The notes under the pieces: generated by a model
What the model was told of the DNA's origin: nothing
The model's database searches: none
The model's input: only the letters and a program-made list of their open reading frames with translations
Position numbers and translations under genes: made by a program
NCBI GenBank assembly: GCA_002633005.1
Contig: NMRA01000154.1
Span: 290,728 to 354,727, forward strand
Reading direction: 5' to 3'
Origin: Phoronis australis
Lineage: Eukaryota > Animalia > Phoronida
Length of the DNA stretch: 64,000 nt
In this document: piece by piece, positions 36,471-49,900 of the stretch
How the letters are laid out: each line of letters starts with the position of its first letter
Numbering within the stretch: position 1 is the first letter of the stretch

Positions 36471-38077
36471 ATGTAGACAGAACCGTTACAGACGCTGACC
36501 ACTTTTGTTAACGTCTTGTGGCGATGATACAAATAATTTTTTCTATCATAACTGATAACAAGTTTTACTGAGATGAGGCCTTGATGATGTACATGTACTG
36601 TGCATGGCTAACATGCAGATCAGCAGTTGCAAAAATATTTACTGGGTGTAGTGAATCCGTTTGCTATGAACCACTGCAAAATTGTACATTCGAAGCACAC
36701 TTAATGATTAGAATAAGAACATACAACTGTTTGATGTTCATGGGAGTACATCTATAACAGGCATGAATGAAGATACCTAGTTGTTAAGCCATAAGTGCCG
36801 TTTACACCACAAAAGTTGACTTGGATCATCTGAAACGGAACGAGATGCTCCAGTGTGTAAACGGGATTGACACGGAGCAAATTGACACCGCGGTGACAAC
36901 TTTTGCCACCCGTTTGTGAGGTGGGGCAATTTGCGCTCGAATATCTTGCTTCGTGTCAATTACATGTATGTGTCTGAGCGCGAAACTGGGGCAAGGCGGA
37001 AAGGCTCATCTCTACTGCTCTTGTGCAATGACCTACATACAGGCTCTCTGTCTCTGCAACTCCCGCTGTAGACCCAATTCACGCGGCGGACATTAAAACC
37101 CAAAGCGAGGCTCACTGCGATAAACAAAGCGGAAGTTGACATTGCATGAGTTAAATAGCCGGTCTTTCGAGTCCAACCTGGATATTAAATTTTAATAATG
37201 TGTCGACAATTAATCACAGAGACGTAGAAAAAATTACATTAGAGAACAAGCTAAGGCACCAAAGAGTTGTCTGACGAAAGGGTTTAATTTTTTCCGGAAA
37301 ACTAGGTTCGAAACATAAAAAGTAAATATGACCAAATTGCGGCGATCGTAGTGTTACGGATTAGTATGCTGAATGCAGGGTTACGTTTTTTTCTTGTAAA
37401 ATGTTGATCAAAATATTTTCTACGCGAACCAGGTCATCTGCTCGAATTGTTGACGAGTTGAAGACATATTCGACCGTGGTGGCTGTCATGTGCAATTAGA
37501 CACATCTTGTTTAATTTGTTGATCAAGAATATTAACATCAAGCATAGCCTGATCCTACGCACTCACTGGGACTAGCAGTTGATTTGTCATTCATCTGAAA
37601 GAATGATTGATGTTATTAAATATATATTTTTTTGAAATAAAAAACCCGGCTCTTAATTGAAAATAAAATTATTTGACCATCAATTCTGCTTTCTTGGTTG
37701 TAATAATTCTTACGTCTATTTCATGTGTTAGGTTTCAAATTTCAATCTGGACCAAGTTGAATTTTAAAATTAAAACACCTAATTCATTCGTCCAAAGCAT
37801 AACCTCGTTTTAGAACTCAATTTCACTGAGTTAAATGGACAAAGCAATCATAGTTATCATGTTTCTCCAGGAGCCTCGTTCATCCGAGGGTAAAGGTGCC
37901 AGTGCCCGGCAGTACTGAGAGGCGATGTTTTCGCCGTGTGAGGGGAACAATCTTCCTCACAATCACCGTATCACCTCCGCCCTCTTGCAAGCCTTCATAG
38001 GCTCTGTCTCAATTTAAAGTAGCCTTTTGTGCTCTTAAAAATTGACGCCTGTGTATTTACAGGTGATGTGAACTCCG

Positions 38078-38569
38078 AGAGAATTTTTCACTAGGGGGAT
38101 TTTGATGCCTCGTGGGGGGAATTTCGCGTGATATTTCAATATTTTTGAGAGGGGAATAGGGCCGATATTGGGCCCCAAATTCGAGGGATTGAGGGCCCTG
38201 TCCTTTTTGAAAAGAAAAATTATGATGTTTCAACCATAGTCATGAAAACACAGCCTGGCTGGCCCATTCTCCGGTCGTTACCATGATGTTGGCAACCGAG
38301 ATGCGACAAAATATGATCTAACTTTTCGAAAACATTTATAAATTTTACACGGGCATATTTTGGTTCGTCGCGGCGTATGGCAACGACCAAACGCTTCCGA
38401 ATCTCTAGTCAACGTCTTTAGAGATTGTAAAGCAGACAGTTGAGTGTCCGTATTTTTTCTAGCCGTTCGCGGAGCAACGCGGACCGAAATACAACTATGC
38501 CGATAAGCTAACAGAGCTATCCGATCGTAGCGAGCCTCGTTTTGGAACGCGCCTCCTGTCGGCGTGAAT
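38078..38569. repeat. Interspersed repeat, ~490 bp, copy 1
   Basis: Collinear direct similarity to 60030-60524. Confidence 0.8.
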
Positions 38570-39937
38570 TGTGTCTATTTGAAAACCTGCGCGTGTACAT
38601 TCCACTCTCCAGCGTACGACTTCCGTTTTGCCACAGTTAATGAAATTGCGTGTGTTAACAGCCACTTGACATCGATCAAGTTGCTCCGTGTCAGTTGCGC
38701 TGCGGTATCAAAAGTTGAAACGGGACTATAAAGGATAATAAGGCTTACATAATAACACACTGAGCCATCTACACAAGGCATCTATAGTCACAAGGATACA
38801 ATATTACAAAATAAGTACATGACTACTCATTGTTCATAGTATTACTAAATCACAACCTGCTCTCCCATTAAACTATCCCACACATTTATGGACGGCCACA
38901 GTGGAAACATTTAAGGACAAACATTTTCTATGCAAGATTAAAAACAAGACAATCATGTTTAGTCTCCAGGACCAAATAGTAATAACTCAAAACCAGAAAT
39001 TTTACTTAAGCAGGAACAGTCCAATACATATATTCAGATCGTTTTCGACCTAGTAGACCCCAAAGACAAATCAAAACCAAAATTCACCACGTCAAGACCG
39101 AACATTTATCACATCAGCACCTATAATTCATTACGTGAGGACCAAAAATTTAACACTTCAGGATCAAAATTAAACGCGACCGAACTGAAAATTTAATAAG
39201 TCAGGTACAGAAATTTACCATGTCAGGAACTTTTCACGCCAGGACACCACGTCACCATCCGCAAGCATTGATCCTTCAAAGTGATAAAGTCGGTACGCTG
39301 TACATGTAGGTACAGTTGTGGTAAACAAGGGCTAAGCGTTCAACGTCTCGTCGACGACAGACTCTTTTGCCTCCTCCACGCTTTACAATAGATGCCAATG
39401 TATAGGGACACACTGGATTGTAGTGGGTGGTCACGTGGTCTCCTGGCATGGAAAATTTTCTGTCATGACTTGATTAATCCTGGTTGCCAGTTGTTTTTGA
39501 TTCCACAGAGACTTCATTTCCTGAATAGACAGTGTGCTCTGGATTTTTCCGCTTTAGCTTTCCATTCACCTTACTACTGTACTGTAGTGTACAGTGCAGT
39601 GTTTTTAACATCCCGCGGCGGCTCCACGGCAACTGAACGATTCGCCCTCTGGTACAACCTTCGGTAAATGCAGTACGTATTTGTAGTATAAGTGACTTCT
39701 TATTATTCTACAGTATTTTGCACATTTCTTCGGGGTAACAGTTTTCCAAAAGCCACACATTCCTTGGACGAGTTCCAGTTTTGTATTCGGTTTTATTTTA
39801 TTTCTCAGGTAGTCCTTCAGCTCATGTCACATGTTCTCGATGGGATTCTAGGTTTACAATTTAGTTAAATTTAAGATTTTGTTTAATTGTCTTTATATGT
39901 TGTTTTATTAAAGAAAACAACAATGGTTTTAAGTCGA

Positions 39938-39975
39938 CTTGACATGCGGTTTCGGCCAAACACCATCATCAGAAG
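39938..39975 (-). ncRNA. Minimal type I hammerhead ribozyme motif
   Basis: Minus strand reads CTT-CTGATGA-T-GGT(GTTTG)GCC-GAAAC-CGCAT-GTC-AAG, with AATAAA shortly downstream. Confidence 0.6.
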
Positions 39976-40302
39976 AGAGAATGCAGTGGCCACCTAGCTA
40001 GGCCCAGCAACAAGTAATGAAGCACAGAATACAGTCAGTTACAGGGGGTGACAATGAACTAGACCAACAATGACAACCTGTGGTGTTGGGCTTGCACCGA
40101 CTGATGTGTAGAGTCTCACGAATTTTAAGCTCCTTTGTTGTTACTGTCTGGTCTATTATTGCAAAGTCATTGAAAGAGCACTGCTGATAGTGAATGATTG
40201 GAGCTCTGTAGGTGAATATTTACATGTGAACCTCTATCAGAATTTAGATGTTCCGTGGTCCTGGTTTTCAAACAGCTAGGTGCATGGTCACTGCATTCTC
40301 TC

Positions 40303-40357
40303 TTCTGATGATGGTGTTTGAATAAATGGCACCGAAACATTCCAGGTTTGGTGTCAA
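40303..40357 (+). ncRNA. Second type I hammerhead-like motif
   Basis: TT-CTGATGA-T-GGTGTT(...)GGCACC-GAAACATT(...)GGTGTC-AA; stem I is only 2 bp. Confidence 0.5.
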
Positions 40358-41772
40358 TTTCTAAGTTCGGGAAAATCGTAACCATATGATTTCGAAGTTA
40401 GAGCCTTCCAAGCCCGTGGGCTTAGGCATACAGGACCCGGTGTGCGTCTTTACTGCATGGGCTAATACTGATACTGTGGAAATAAAATCCCCGGAGTAAA
40501 AGCTCTTCGATGTAACAATTCACTCACTATCCATCATCATGGGCGCGTGATAGGAGACCCGTGAAGAACTTTAAAAACGCAAAAAAGATGCAGATCGGCG
40601 TAACACAAACAAAAAACAAGTGTTGGCGAACACTTTGTCAAAAATTGCTGCGTTTACAAATTGACTTCGGTGATGTATTGACCGGGAAGCACCCAAGCTA
40701 ATACAACTTGTTATCGTGATGAGTCAAAAGATCAAATGTAAAGAAAACTTTCGCTTCTTGCTGCATTGTCCGAATCCAGTTTTCAATATTACCGCTTGCC
40801 TTAGTGGTGCCTACACAACCGACGTGAACTCATGTAATGAAGACGCAGTAAAACTAGACGAATACGTATCGGCACGCTAAGTTGTATCCGACTGACAACC
40901 TATTACGCAACTGATACTCCAGCCTAAAAACATTTTCCGACCGGTCGTCGACTCCTAGCCGACCGGTCGAACAAAAATTCGTGATATGTGCTGTATATAC
41001 ATGTATGTATATACCGGGTACACGCTCGCGCGTGTATGTATGTACGTATGTGTGGATGTATATTTAAATGCATATGTATCTGAATATGTATATATGTCTA
41101 TATATTTCATACACTGCATGTATATGTCCTGTAGAGACCCCAGCTGTTGGAACGGAACTGTTGTTCCATGGCTTCATTTTCCTGCTACGTATTGATGTTA
41201 TCTTATTAGGGGCTACCCACGGAGATCAGAAACCTCCGTTATGGAAGGTCGCCTCTTGGAGGTCACTCTTTTCTTCCTTTTTCTGAATGACATAGCCTTT
41301 CAAATTCAGATGGGATCCCTTCTTGAAGGAGCGGCCCGAAGACTCCTCACTTTATCCCCCTATAAATCTGACACTGTTACATGCAGGTATTCAGGATTTT
41401 ATGTGACAAATTCAAATTAATTGAGAAAACCACCGAGCATATTCATCACCTCGGTGATATGCAAACCAAACAATCAGAAAGTTATGTGTATTTGTGAATT
41501 ACACACAAAGAGTATCCCGATGGTTTTGTAACGATAAAACTATCTTTTCCCAAAAAGAATTTCAAGAATATTTTTAACATTATTTGTTGACTTAGAGGAA
41601 GTTGTTCGTAGGAAACTCGCACGTTTGATCATGTTGTCGGGGGTATGATTTTTCATGACAGTATACAGCCTATATGTCCAACGCATTCAGGTGCTTTAAG
41701 TTTATCTACTGGCAATCGTAAAGGAAGATTTACGCTAGTTTTGAAGAGTAAGTTTAACTCATCAACCGTATC

Positions 41773-41883
41773 AGTTTTCCGCAATGATGAATAAAAAATC
41801 ACATAAAAAAATAATAATAATAATTTCTGTTTTTCGCAATAATGAATAAAAAATCACATCAAAAAATAATAATAAAAATTTCT
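41773..41883. repeat. Tandem duplication, about 55 bp x2
   Basis: GTTTT(C/T)CGCAAT(G/A)ATGAATAAAAAATCACAT... occurs twice. Confidence 0.75.
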
Positions 41884-44334
41884 TGCTGGAAGACATGCAC
41901 TTCTCTCTCAGTTGCCCATTACGCACCAGGAGCTCGGATCTCACTTCGGAATTGGCTTAGTAATTGCTTGGTGCTTGTTTATAGCAGCAATTTTGAGAAA
42001 AAAAAACGTCTTGCAACTAAACTCTCAGAAGTTAACTAGTGCTGTGTGCACTTTTAGTTTTGTATTGTGTCGCCAATGAAGTAACGGACAATAATTCCGG
42101 TAAGGTTATTTTCTACTGTCTGTGACCTGCCAGGGTACGATTAGTGTCTGATTTACTCACGTATCTACGTAAATCAACTTTTTCATGCACAATTTTTGAC
42201 AATTAGAAGATAAAGTTATAAAAATTGGAGATGCTTTCGTGCACTTGAATCCAGGTTGAAATTCGAGAAATGGAGGGAATGACCCATGGGCCCCCTAAAC
42301 TAAAATTCGAATGTCTGTCGGGAAAAATCCTGGTTAATTTTCTTTCTTGGCCCCCACCAAACTCAAAATCCCGGATCTGCCCCTGATTCTGGGGGTACTA
42401 GTTAGAGAGTGAATTGTTAAAGGACAGCTGCCATGATTCTTGTTGTTGGGCCAATGTTGCATGCTAACCAGAATTCATAAAACATAATAGTTGCTGTAGA
42501 CTAACATTTAGGTTACAAAATTTCACTTAAATTCAAAAACCTCACAAACTATTCAAATATGCTGTTCAGCTAAAAAGCTATCGAAATGAAAATTGAAAAG
42601 TTAATCTACTGTCGCCGCCATGTTTGCCATTTTCGCGCCAGAGAAAATACCATCAGCTGAGGGTAGATGGTTTCTTTGAAAATAGCAGCGGATTTTAAGG
42701 TTAGCAAACGGATCGACTTGCTCAAATGCGACCGGTGAGGGTGTCAGCGTCGAGTTTTTCATGGATACATGGAAATCAGCAGTGAGCTAATGATACAACC
42801 CCCTCTAATGCCGATAGACTGAATACTAAAGGCCAGTTGCCTATCTGGAGTCCTTACATGTGATATGCTGTACAGTGTACATATGTACATGTACATGTAG
42901 ATTTCGTTACCACGAAGGCTATTTTTTGAAATCTATGACAGACATAAATCTACAGAAGTTGGAGTGCGAGGATAATATGAGCAAATGTAGTTTAATAGAA
43001 ATTTCAAAAGCAGAACGCTTATGTTGCAAAGGTGTGCCATTGCTAATAATAGATGCTCAACGCACAGCGTACTTATAAATGATTCGGAGGTTGAGAAATT
43101 TTTCAAGAGCAGCTACATTGTATACATGTATTCAGCTTTTGAAAGGTGGGTGTAGGCCGGGTGCCTGTTGAATCACAATAATCTAGTCTATTTATTCTCT
43201 TCTATTCTATTAAGGCTATTCTATTCTAGAATAAAGTCAACACAGACAGCGACTTCAATATTACATAACCAAGTTTTCTCTTTAGACTAAAAGAGCTGCT
43301 TTGAGTTGTGCAAGTGCTGCCTGGACCATCCTAACGCGAAGTGATCGCGATATAATCTCAGGGCATTACAGGCACTATTGACTTCACGCTCTCATTAGCG
43401 ATTTTAATAGTTCATTAATTTGTTGCCTCTTTGAAAGCTCGAATTAAAAATTGTTCAGAGAACAGCCAAAACCAAATTGGACATCCGAGATGCAGTTTAA
43501 TCGGAATTTTAATTGACAGTTATTGCATCGGCGTTTGCCAACAAACGTCTCATTTACAGAGATCGCTTAACAAGACCTGTGGGACAGATTCTCACAGCTT
43601 TATCTAGGTTCCTATTGAAAATCTTGAATAGCTTGCTAACAGTAGGTCGTAAAACAAACGTATCACACACACTTGATCTATAAACATAAGAAATTTCAGA
43701 AACATTCCTTGAAAGGTAATGACGGAAGACGTTGTTTTTAAGTGCCTATCTCAGATACCATAGTTCACAATCAAAAGCATCATTTCCCAAGCAATGCCGA
43801 AAAATTCAAGAACTAAACATTGATGAAAAAATCGATAAATGATCTCTTAAAGCTCATTTCTGAATATCCACAAGACCAATATGTGTCAACTTTAATTTTT
43901 GTCAACTTTTCAGTGAAAAATAAAACTCAAATATCTCGAAAACTGTAAGAGAAGGAGAAAAATTGTTACTATTCATTTGGCAGTACCTTGGGAAATTTAT
44001 CTGTAAACCAAATGTCAGACAACTTCCCCAAAAAATCACAAAGCTAGAGCGATTAAACAAGAAAGCTACCACAGCACCAAAAATACAAATCTCATGCTTC
44101 GCACGAGGTACATGTACCTGACTTGTGAAAATTCCATGTTCCTCTAACGAAAAAGTACGACTTAAAGGCGAGTGACAGACCAGTTGACTCAAGAATGGTA
44201 AATTGGAGCGGCAAACAGGTGGTAGGTAGGATGAGATAAACTTTAATAATGTTTCCGTTGAAAAGCACAATGAAAAAGCAGAATTAGTGTCTTTTCAGAC
44301 ACGTTAGAAACGACTAAAAAATCATAAAGATAAG

Positions 44335-44582
44335 GGGCCCGTTCCAACAAAACTGACTTAGCTAAGGCAAATCTTAAATTTTAGTCAATTTTAAGATAAG
44401 ACTTAAATTTGTCTCGATACCGTTTCAAGAAAGAGGTCTTAAGTTTTAATTAAATTTTTGATAAACGTTTTGTCTTAATTTTAACTATCTTACCGGATGT
44501 GGAAGTTTCAAAGTATGTAAGTTAAGACAAATCTTAGACTTAAGTCAAAAATGAACTTCAGTCAGTTTCTTGGAACGGGCCC
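44335..44582. mobile_element. MITE, PIF/Harbinger-like
   Basis: TIRs GGGCCCGTTCCAA..AAACTGACT / AGTCAGTTT..TTGGAACGGGCCC. Confidence 0.7.
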
Positions 44583-45009
44583 AAGAACTATTACTATGAG
44601 CAATACTTTATTCAATACTCAACGGTATTACCCCTTTTTTCTAAAATTAGAAGGCAGGTTCTGGCATTCCATCGCTAATCGTTCACATTATTGAAGACAT
44701 GTTATATACAGGTAGCGCTTGCCAAAATTTATCAACGAGGCGAATTTCGGAAACATCATCAAGGGACGCCAAAGACACGACTCGAAAACAATCACTGGGA
44801 AATCTTAAATAACACAAGAACGGTAAGTCGTGGATCAAAACGGATGGCTTAATACGGATAGCCCTTAAAATCATCTTTCCAAAGAAAAAACGCAGAGACG
44901 AGGGAGCTACGGCTCGGCATAACGAAATGCAAAATGGCCGACTCACAGCCATTTTGCGTCCTATTTCAACCAAAACAACAGACTGAGCAATTCATAAGAC
45001 CTATAATAA

Positions 45010-45767
45010 TGTGTGTAAATACACAAAACGTACCGACAGTGGCCTAGATGATGTAATTTCCCACGAGACACTTTTTCGCGTATTATCTGAGACGGAAGAT
45101 CGAGGTCGATACGCGGCGGAATAATGTTGAGTGGGATATCACTTCATGTACGCCAATAAAGGTATGTTTTATAATTATCTCATACGCTTCGTATTCCTAT
45201 TTTTTTCATTTTTCGGAAGATTTTTAAAATACTTTACCAAGTCTAATTACTTGATGGATCACATGCTATATGTATGTACTTGCGCGTTAGGTTACTAATC
45301 TCTCGTACTGAGAGAAACACTAAAATGAGTTTAAAATGCAACGATTTATTACTTGGCTGAAAACAACGGTAATTGTGCATTGAACTTGTAACATTTCCTG
45401 AAAATAGTCAAATAAAAATATTTGATACCTTAGTTACCGAGGAATCGGCACCTGAGTTGCAGACGATATAATATTTAGCAATTGAAAGCTTCAGAATTGT
45501 CATATACATGGAATTAACAGTTTTGTACCAGATGTTACATTTGGGACCTGACTGCATGTTGAGAGTTATTCATACTGCTGCAATTGTATTACTATTTTCG
45601 GAAAATTTGATGATCGAACCGGCAAAAGACGTTGAGTCGACATTGACCTACATGTACATGTACCTTTTGAACTTTCCATGTCAGAGGGCGTTGTTGAAGT
45701 AGTGCGGGAGGTAAATATGGAAAACAGTATCACATGGCCGTATGCACTCGACTGATTCGACGGGTAT
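45010..45767. repeat. Left arm of a long inverted repeat pair
   Basis: Reverse-complement similarity to 48938-49557 along its length. Confidence 0.8.
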
Positions 45768-46249
45768 GGGATAAATTTCATGTTTATCGGATACGAAATG
45801 CGACACGTAACGTGCGAACAAAAAAGTTTACTACACACTAACAAACTTGGAGAAATGAAAGTGCTCCTAGAAATAAGTCCACGAAAGTACAGTCATGTAG
45901 GAAGTAAATCTTGGTTATTCGTAACGAGAAACGGATTTCACTACACTGAAAGGGCTTGAAAAGATTGAAGCACAGGTGCATATACAAATGGGCTACGAAG
46001 AGACGGTACAAAAGCTCAATGAATTTGAGACCAGTCATCACAAAATCTCGAATAACTCGAGAAGGATAATTCCCTTGAAAAAGAAACGGCACATCTCCAA
46101 TAGCCTGTGAAATGATATATTCACAGAAAAGATCATACGAGAAGTATAGAATAGCAACAAATGCAATTGAATGAAGTACAAAATGCCGAGAAATTAACAA
46201 GATAAAATCCATTACTAGAGATGTAAATATGAAAATAGAAAAATGTTTC

Positions 46250-48937
46250 AGAAATCACCAGGCTCACTGAGCCAGTTTCTAGTCTGGTTTCTGTCTCTTG
46301 ATGAGATGTCTTTCAAAGTTCCTCCGGCTGGGATGCAAGTCCATCACAGTGTTACTCATCATCTGACTCAATTTCATCACTAACTTTGGCACTTGCACAT
46401 TTCAGTGCATTTTAGTCCAGCATTTACAAAAGAACAAATGTTTGTTTAACAACAATTCACTCTGATTCCGTTTTGGAGTAAGGAATTGTAGAATAGGGTA
46501 AATTCTCTGTAATTTCAATTTCAGATTTCTAGTTCGGACACATACAGTTCAACCTTTTTTGAATAAATGTTACTCGAGGAGTGACTTTAACAGAGTCAAA
46601 TGCAACATTTCCCCATGTGAGATTATTCGTTGCTCCACAACGTCAAAGCAAAACTCTTGAAATACATCTGTGAAAATTTCACTATCGTTAGATTTCTGTT
46701 TTGTCAGTAGTCTTGTGAAGCTTTTGTAGCAAGAACGATGGTATTTGACTTCGAGTGCAACCAGATCTCTTCCCTGTACTATGATCAAAAGTTTCATGCC
46801 ATTTTCTGCCATAGCAACATCCAAAAGCAAACCACCTACAACCAAGCAAATTAAAAATAAAAACCGTTGTCAGAGTTTAAAAATATGGAAAGCATTGTAG
46901 GCCTGTCCTACAAAATGATAGATGTTGACGTGTACTCAATTCTTTATTACAAGAACTGAATGGAAGTACAAAGAATGATCAAAAGACAGTAAACACTAAA
47001 AATAAGACATGTACTGTATATACACGGCCTAGCGTGTTGTGCTCAAAAGTGAAAAAGATACCCATGGGTTTGTATGCAAAATGGTCTTGAAAACAAATTT
47101 TGTTTTGAAAATTAACATTCAGTTTCAGGTATGCACACAAGTCTTTACAATCATGGAAGTATTCTAAATTGTACTTTCACTCAAATAAATTTTGTTATTT
47201 CAAAAAACGCATAAAAGTAGAACTTTTGAAGATAGTGTTCCAACAACACTGTACAAAATTACTTTGAAAGCAAACCAACAACAAACTATGTTGAATGAGT
47301 AAAAACTCAATAAAAATAACTGTTCTCAAAATGTTTGCTATCTGTTTTGTCATTCTTCAACCATATGTGTGAAGCTGCACCTGCATCTGAAATACAGGCA
47401 CCTATGTGCCTTTTAGCAAAGCCTGAGAGTAAAAGTAGCTTGAAAATGTTAAAGGTGGTGCTCCAGATATAGGTGCATCATGTAGTCAATAATTACATTA
47501 TAGTAGAACTAGTAAAACTAAAATATATTAAAATATCCCCACGTTTCGAACAATGCGCTCTTTGTCAAGGGTGTGCTATAGACTATTTTATATTTTTATT
47601 CATCGGTAACCACACGGCATTCCAACATCTATTTGATTTCAATAATGACATTGATGGCCAATCACCTGAGCCCTGGGTGTAATCTCCAAACTCAGACTCA
47701 AAGCCTAACTATCCACAGTGCACAATTCAAGTGAATTTACCAGAATTGTGGCATGCAATTGGTCAGTTTTCGAGCTGAGCTTTGAGTATGAAGATTACCT
47801 CTCCCCACCGCTAGACATTACAAAAAGTATAATTTTGATAGATATCTTACACCGTGCCCAGAGTTATGGTTACTGAGAAAATAACAATGTACACTGAAGA
47901 AAATGGGCACCTTGTTACTGGATTATGTGTCCTACCTGCATTTGAATGCCATCACACGGGCCGATTATTCAGTGAATTATCTGGATGCTCGATTCAAACA
48001 CAAGCAGGCCAGACACAGAATCCAAAGAACACAGTCTTTTTACCAGTTGTGCATATGAGGGCTTTCCAGTCAGTTCGTACTTTAGCCAACTCGCACCCAA
48101 GTCAACTCATACCCGTGCCAAAAACATTTCTAATAAATTTTCATTTTCATTCACTAAATAACGGGTAATATTGAGTCGTTTTGCATAAATATGGCACAAT
48201 TGATTGATTTTAATCACTGCTTTGCCAAATTACATAGTTTTGAAATACTTTTGAAGTTTGACATGGGTACCTGTTGACTTGGGTATGGAGTGACCTGTTT
48301 CCTATTGAAGCACTGACTCAGTGACTTGCATCTATTTATCATACTCCCAGAAAAAATTAACACTCACCATTATCTTGGTCGTAATCAGGGGTTTCTATTC
48401 TCGGCATACTTTATAGTTTCGCAATCTTTCCTCTTTGCTCTTTCAATCTTTGTAACGCTAAACCCTGAAGTTACTTGATGCAAATGCCAACTGGTGACAC
48501 ACTTTCTGCTCATTACTGTCTTCATCTCATCTCCAAGGCATTCTTTCACACACTCAATGCTCTTTGCCCATGCCACTTTCGAGAAACTCAACAAATCAGA
48601 TGAATTTAGTGCTTGAAAGTGTATGCAGCATTTATTGACTGCATCTCTAAGGGCGCCGCCATGTTAGATTATGTCTGCAGTTACTTAATTTCTGAGCTTG
48701 TGATTGGCTAAAATGCCATATTGTGCTAGTCTTTTGTTGGATTTTGCGCTACCTCTTGTTCAATAATGTAACATTTGGACTCACAAAAAACTGTTTTTCT
48801 ACAAAAATGTACAACTTAAAACTTTTCAGGTATCAATTACTTAATGGTACATGTATATCTAGCCATACAGAAAAAATCAAGTTGCCCCCCTGAAATGGTC
48901 ACAGGATGTAAAGACTGGAGCTACGGCTCATGGCCTA
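46250..48937 (-). mobile_element. Truncated AcademX-like transposon (5' part)
   Basis: 5'-TAGGCC terminus at 48937; exon-like ORF 46570-46845 with GRDLVALEVKYHRSCYKSFT motif; left boundary approximate. Confidence 0.55.
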
Positions 48938-49557
48938 ATACGCGTTGAATCAGTCGAGGGAAATACGGCCATGTAATAATTGTTTCCGTATTCACCCCCC
49001 GCACTACTTCAACATCGACCTCTGACACGGAAAGTTCAAAGTAGCTCAATGTCGACTCAACGTCGATGGCTGGTTCGATCATCAAACTTTCGGAAATAGT
49101 TTAAAGTAAAGTAATTGCAACCGTGTGAGTAACACTCAACATGCAATCAGGTCTCAATTGTAACATCTGGAACAGGACTGTTAATTATATGACAGTTCTG
49201 TCTCGGTTTCAATTGCTAAACATTATGTCGTCTGCAACTCAGACGCCGAATTTTCACTCAGGAGAGTGTTACAAGTTCAATGCACAGTCACCGTTGCTTT
49301 CATCTTTGTTATCTCTTTTCAAGTAACAAATGGTCACATTTAAAAATGTTTCTTTTACGAGAGAAAACTTGCAACCTAACACGCAAGTATATACGTATAG
49401 GACGTGATCCGCCACGTGAACACTATGAGTGAAATATTTTAAAAAATGTATCAAAAAAATGAAAGAAACTTAGGAATTTGGTCTCGGTCGATACGCGGAA
49501 TAATGTCTCATGGGATATTACTTCATGTACGCCACTCTCGGTACGTTTTGTGTATAT
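48938..49557. repeat. Right arm of the long inverted repeat pair
   Basis: Mirrors 45010-45767; its outer part matches 232-500. Confidence 0.8.
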
Positions 49558-49805
49558 CTTCTCACCTAATTTCAGACAGACGCGTCATGAGACGCCAGAG
49601 ATACGACTCAAAAACCATTTGCTATCTGTTACTGAAGCTAGAAACAACCAAAAATGTGACAAAACAGGACTTCACCAAGTAAAAACAAATTTTATGACCA
49701 AGCAACAAACTTGTAGAAATTTTATTTCACCTGAAGGTGGGTTAACAATTTGAGAAACCTTATACCAACCAGCGGCTGGTATGAGCTCTTGACCTTGTAT
49801 GTTAC

Positions 49806-49900
49806 CAGTGACAGATTTAGAGGGGGCCAAGGGGGCCATGACAAAATCCTGGCTAATATTCTGACCTACCCACTAACTACTAATCCTGGATTCGCCCCAG
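49806..49900. mobile_element. hAT-type MITE with 8 bp TSD
   Basis: TATGTTAC on both flanks (49798-49805 and 49901-49908); CAGTGACAGAT left end. Confidence 0.75.
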
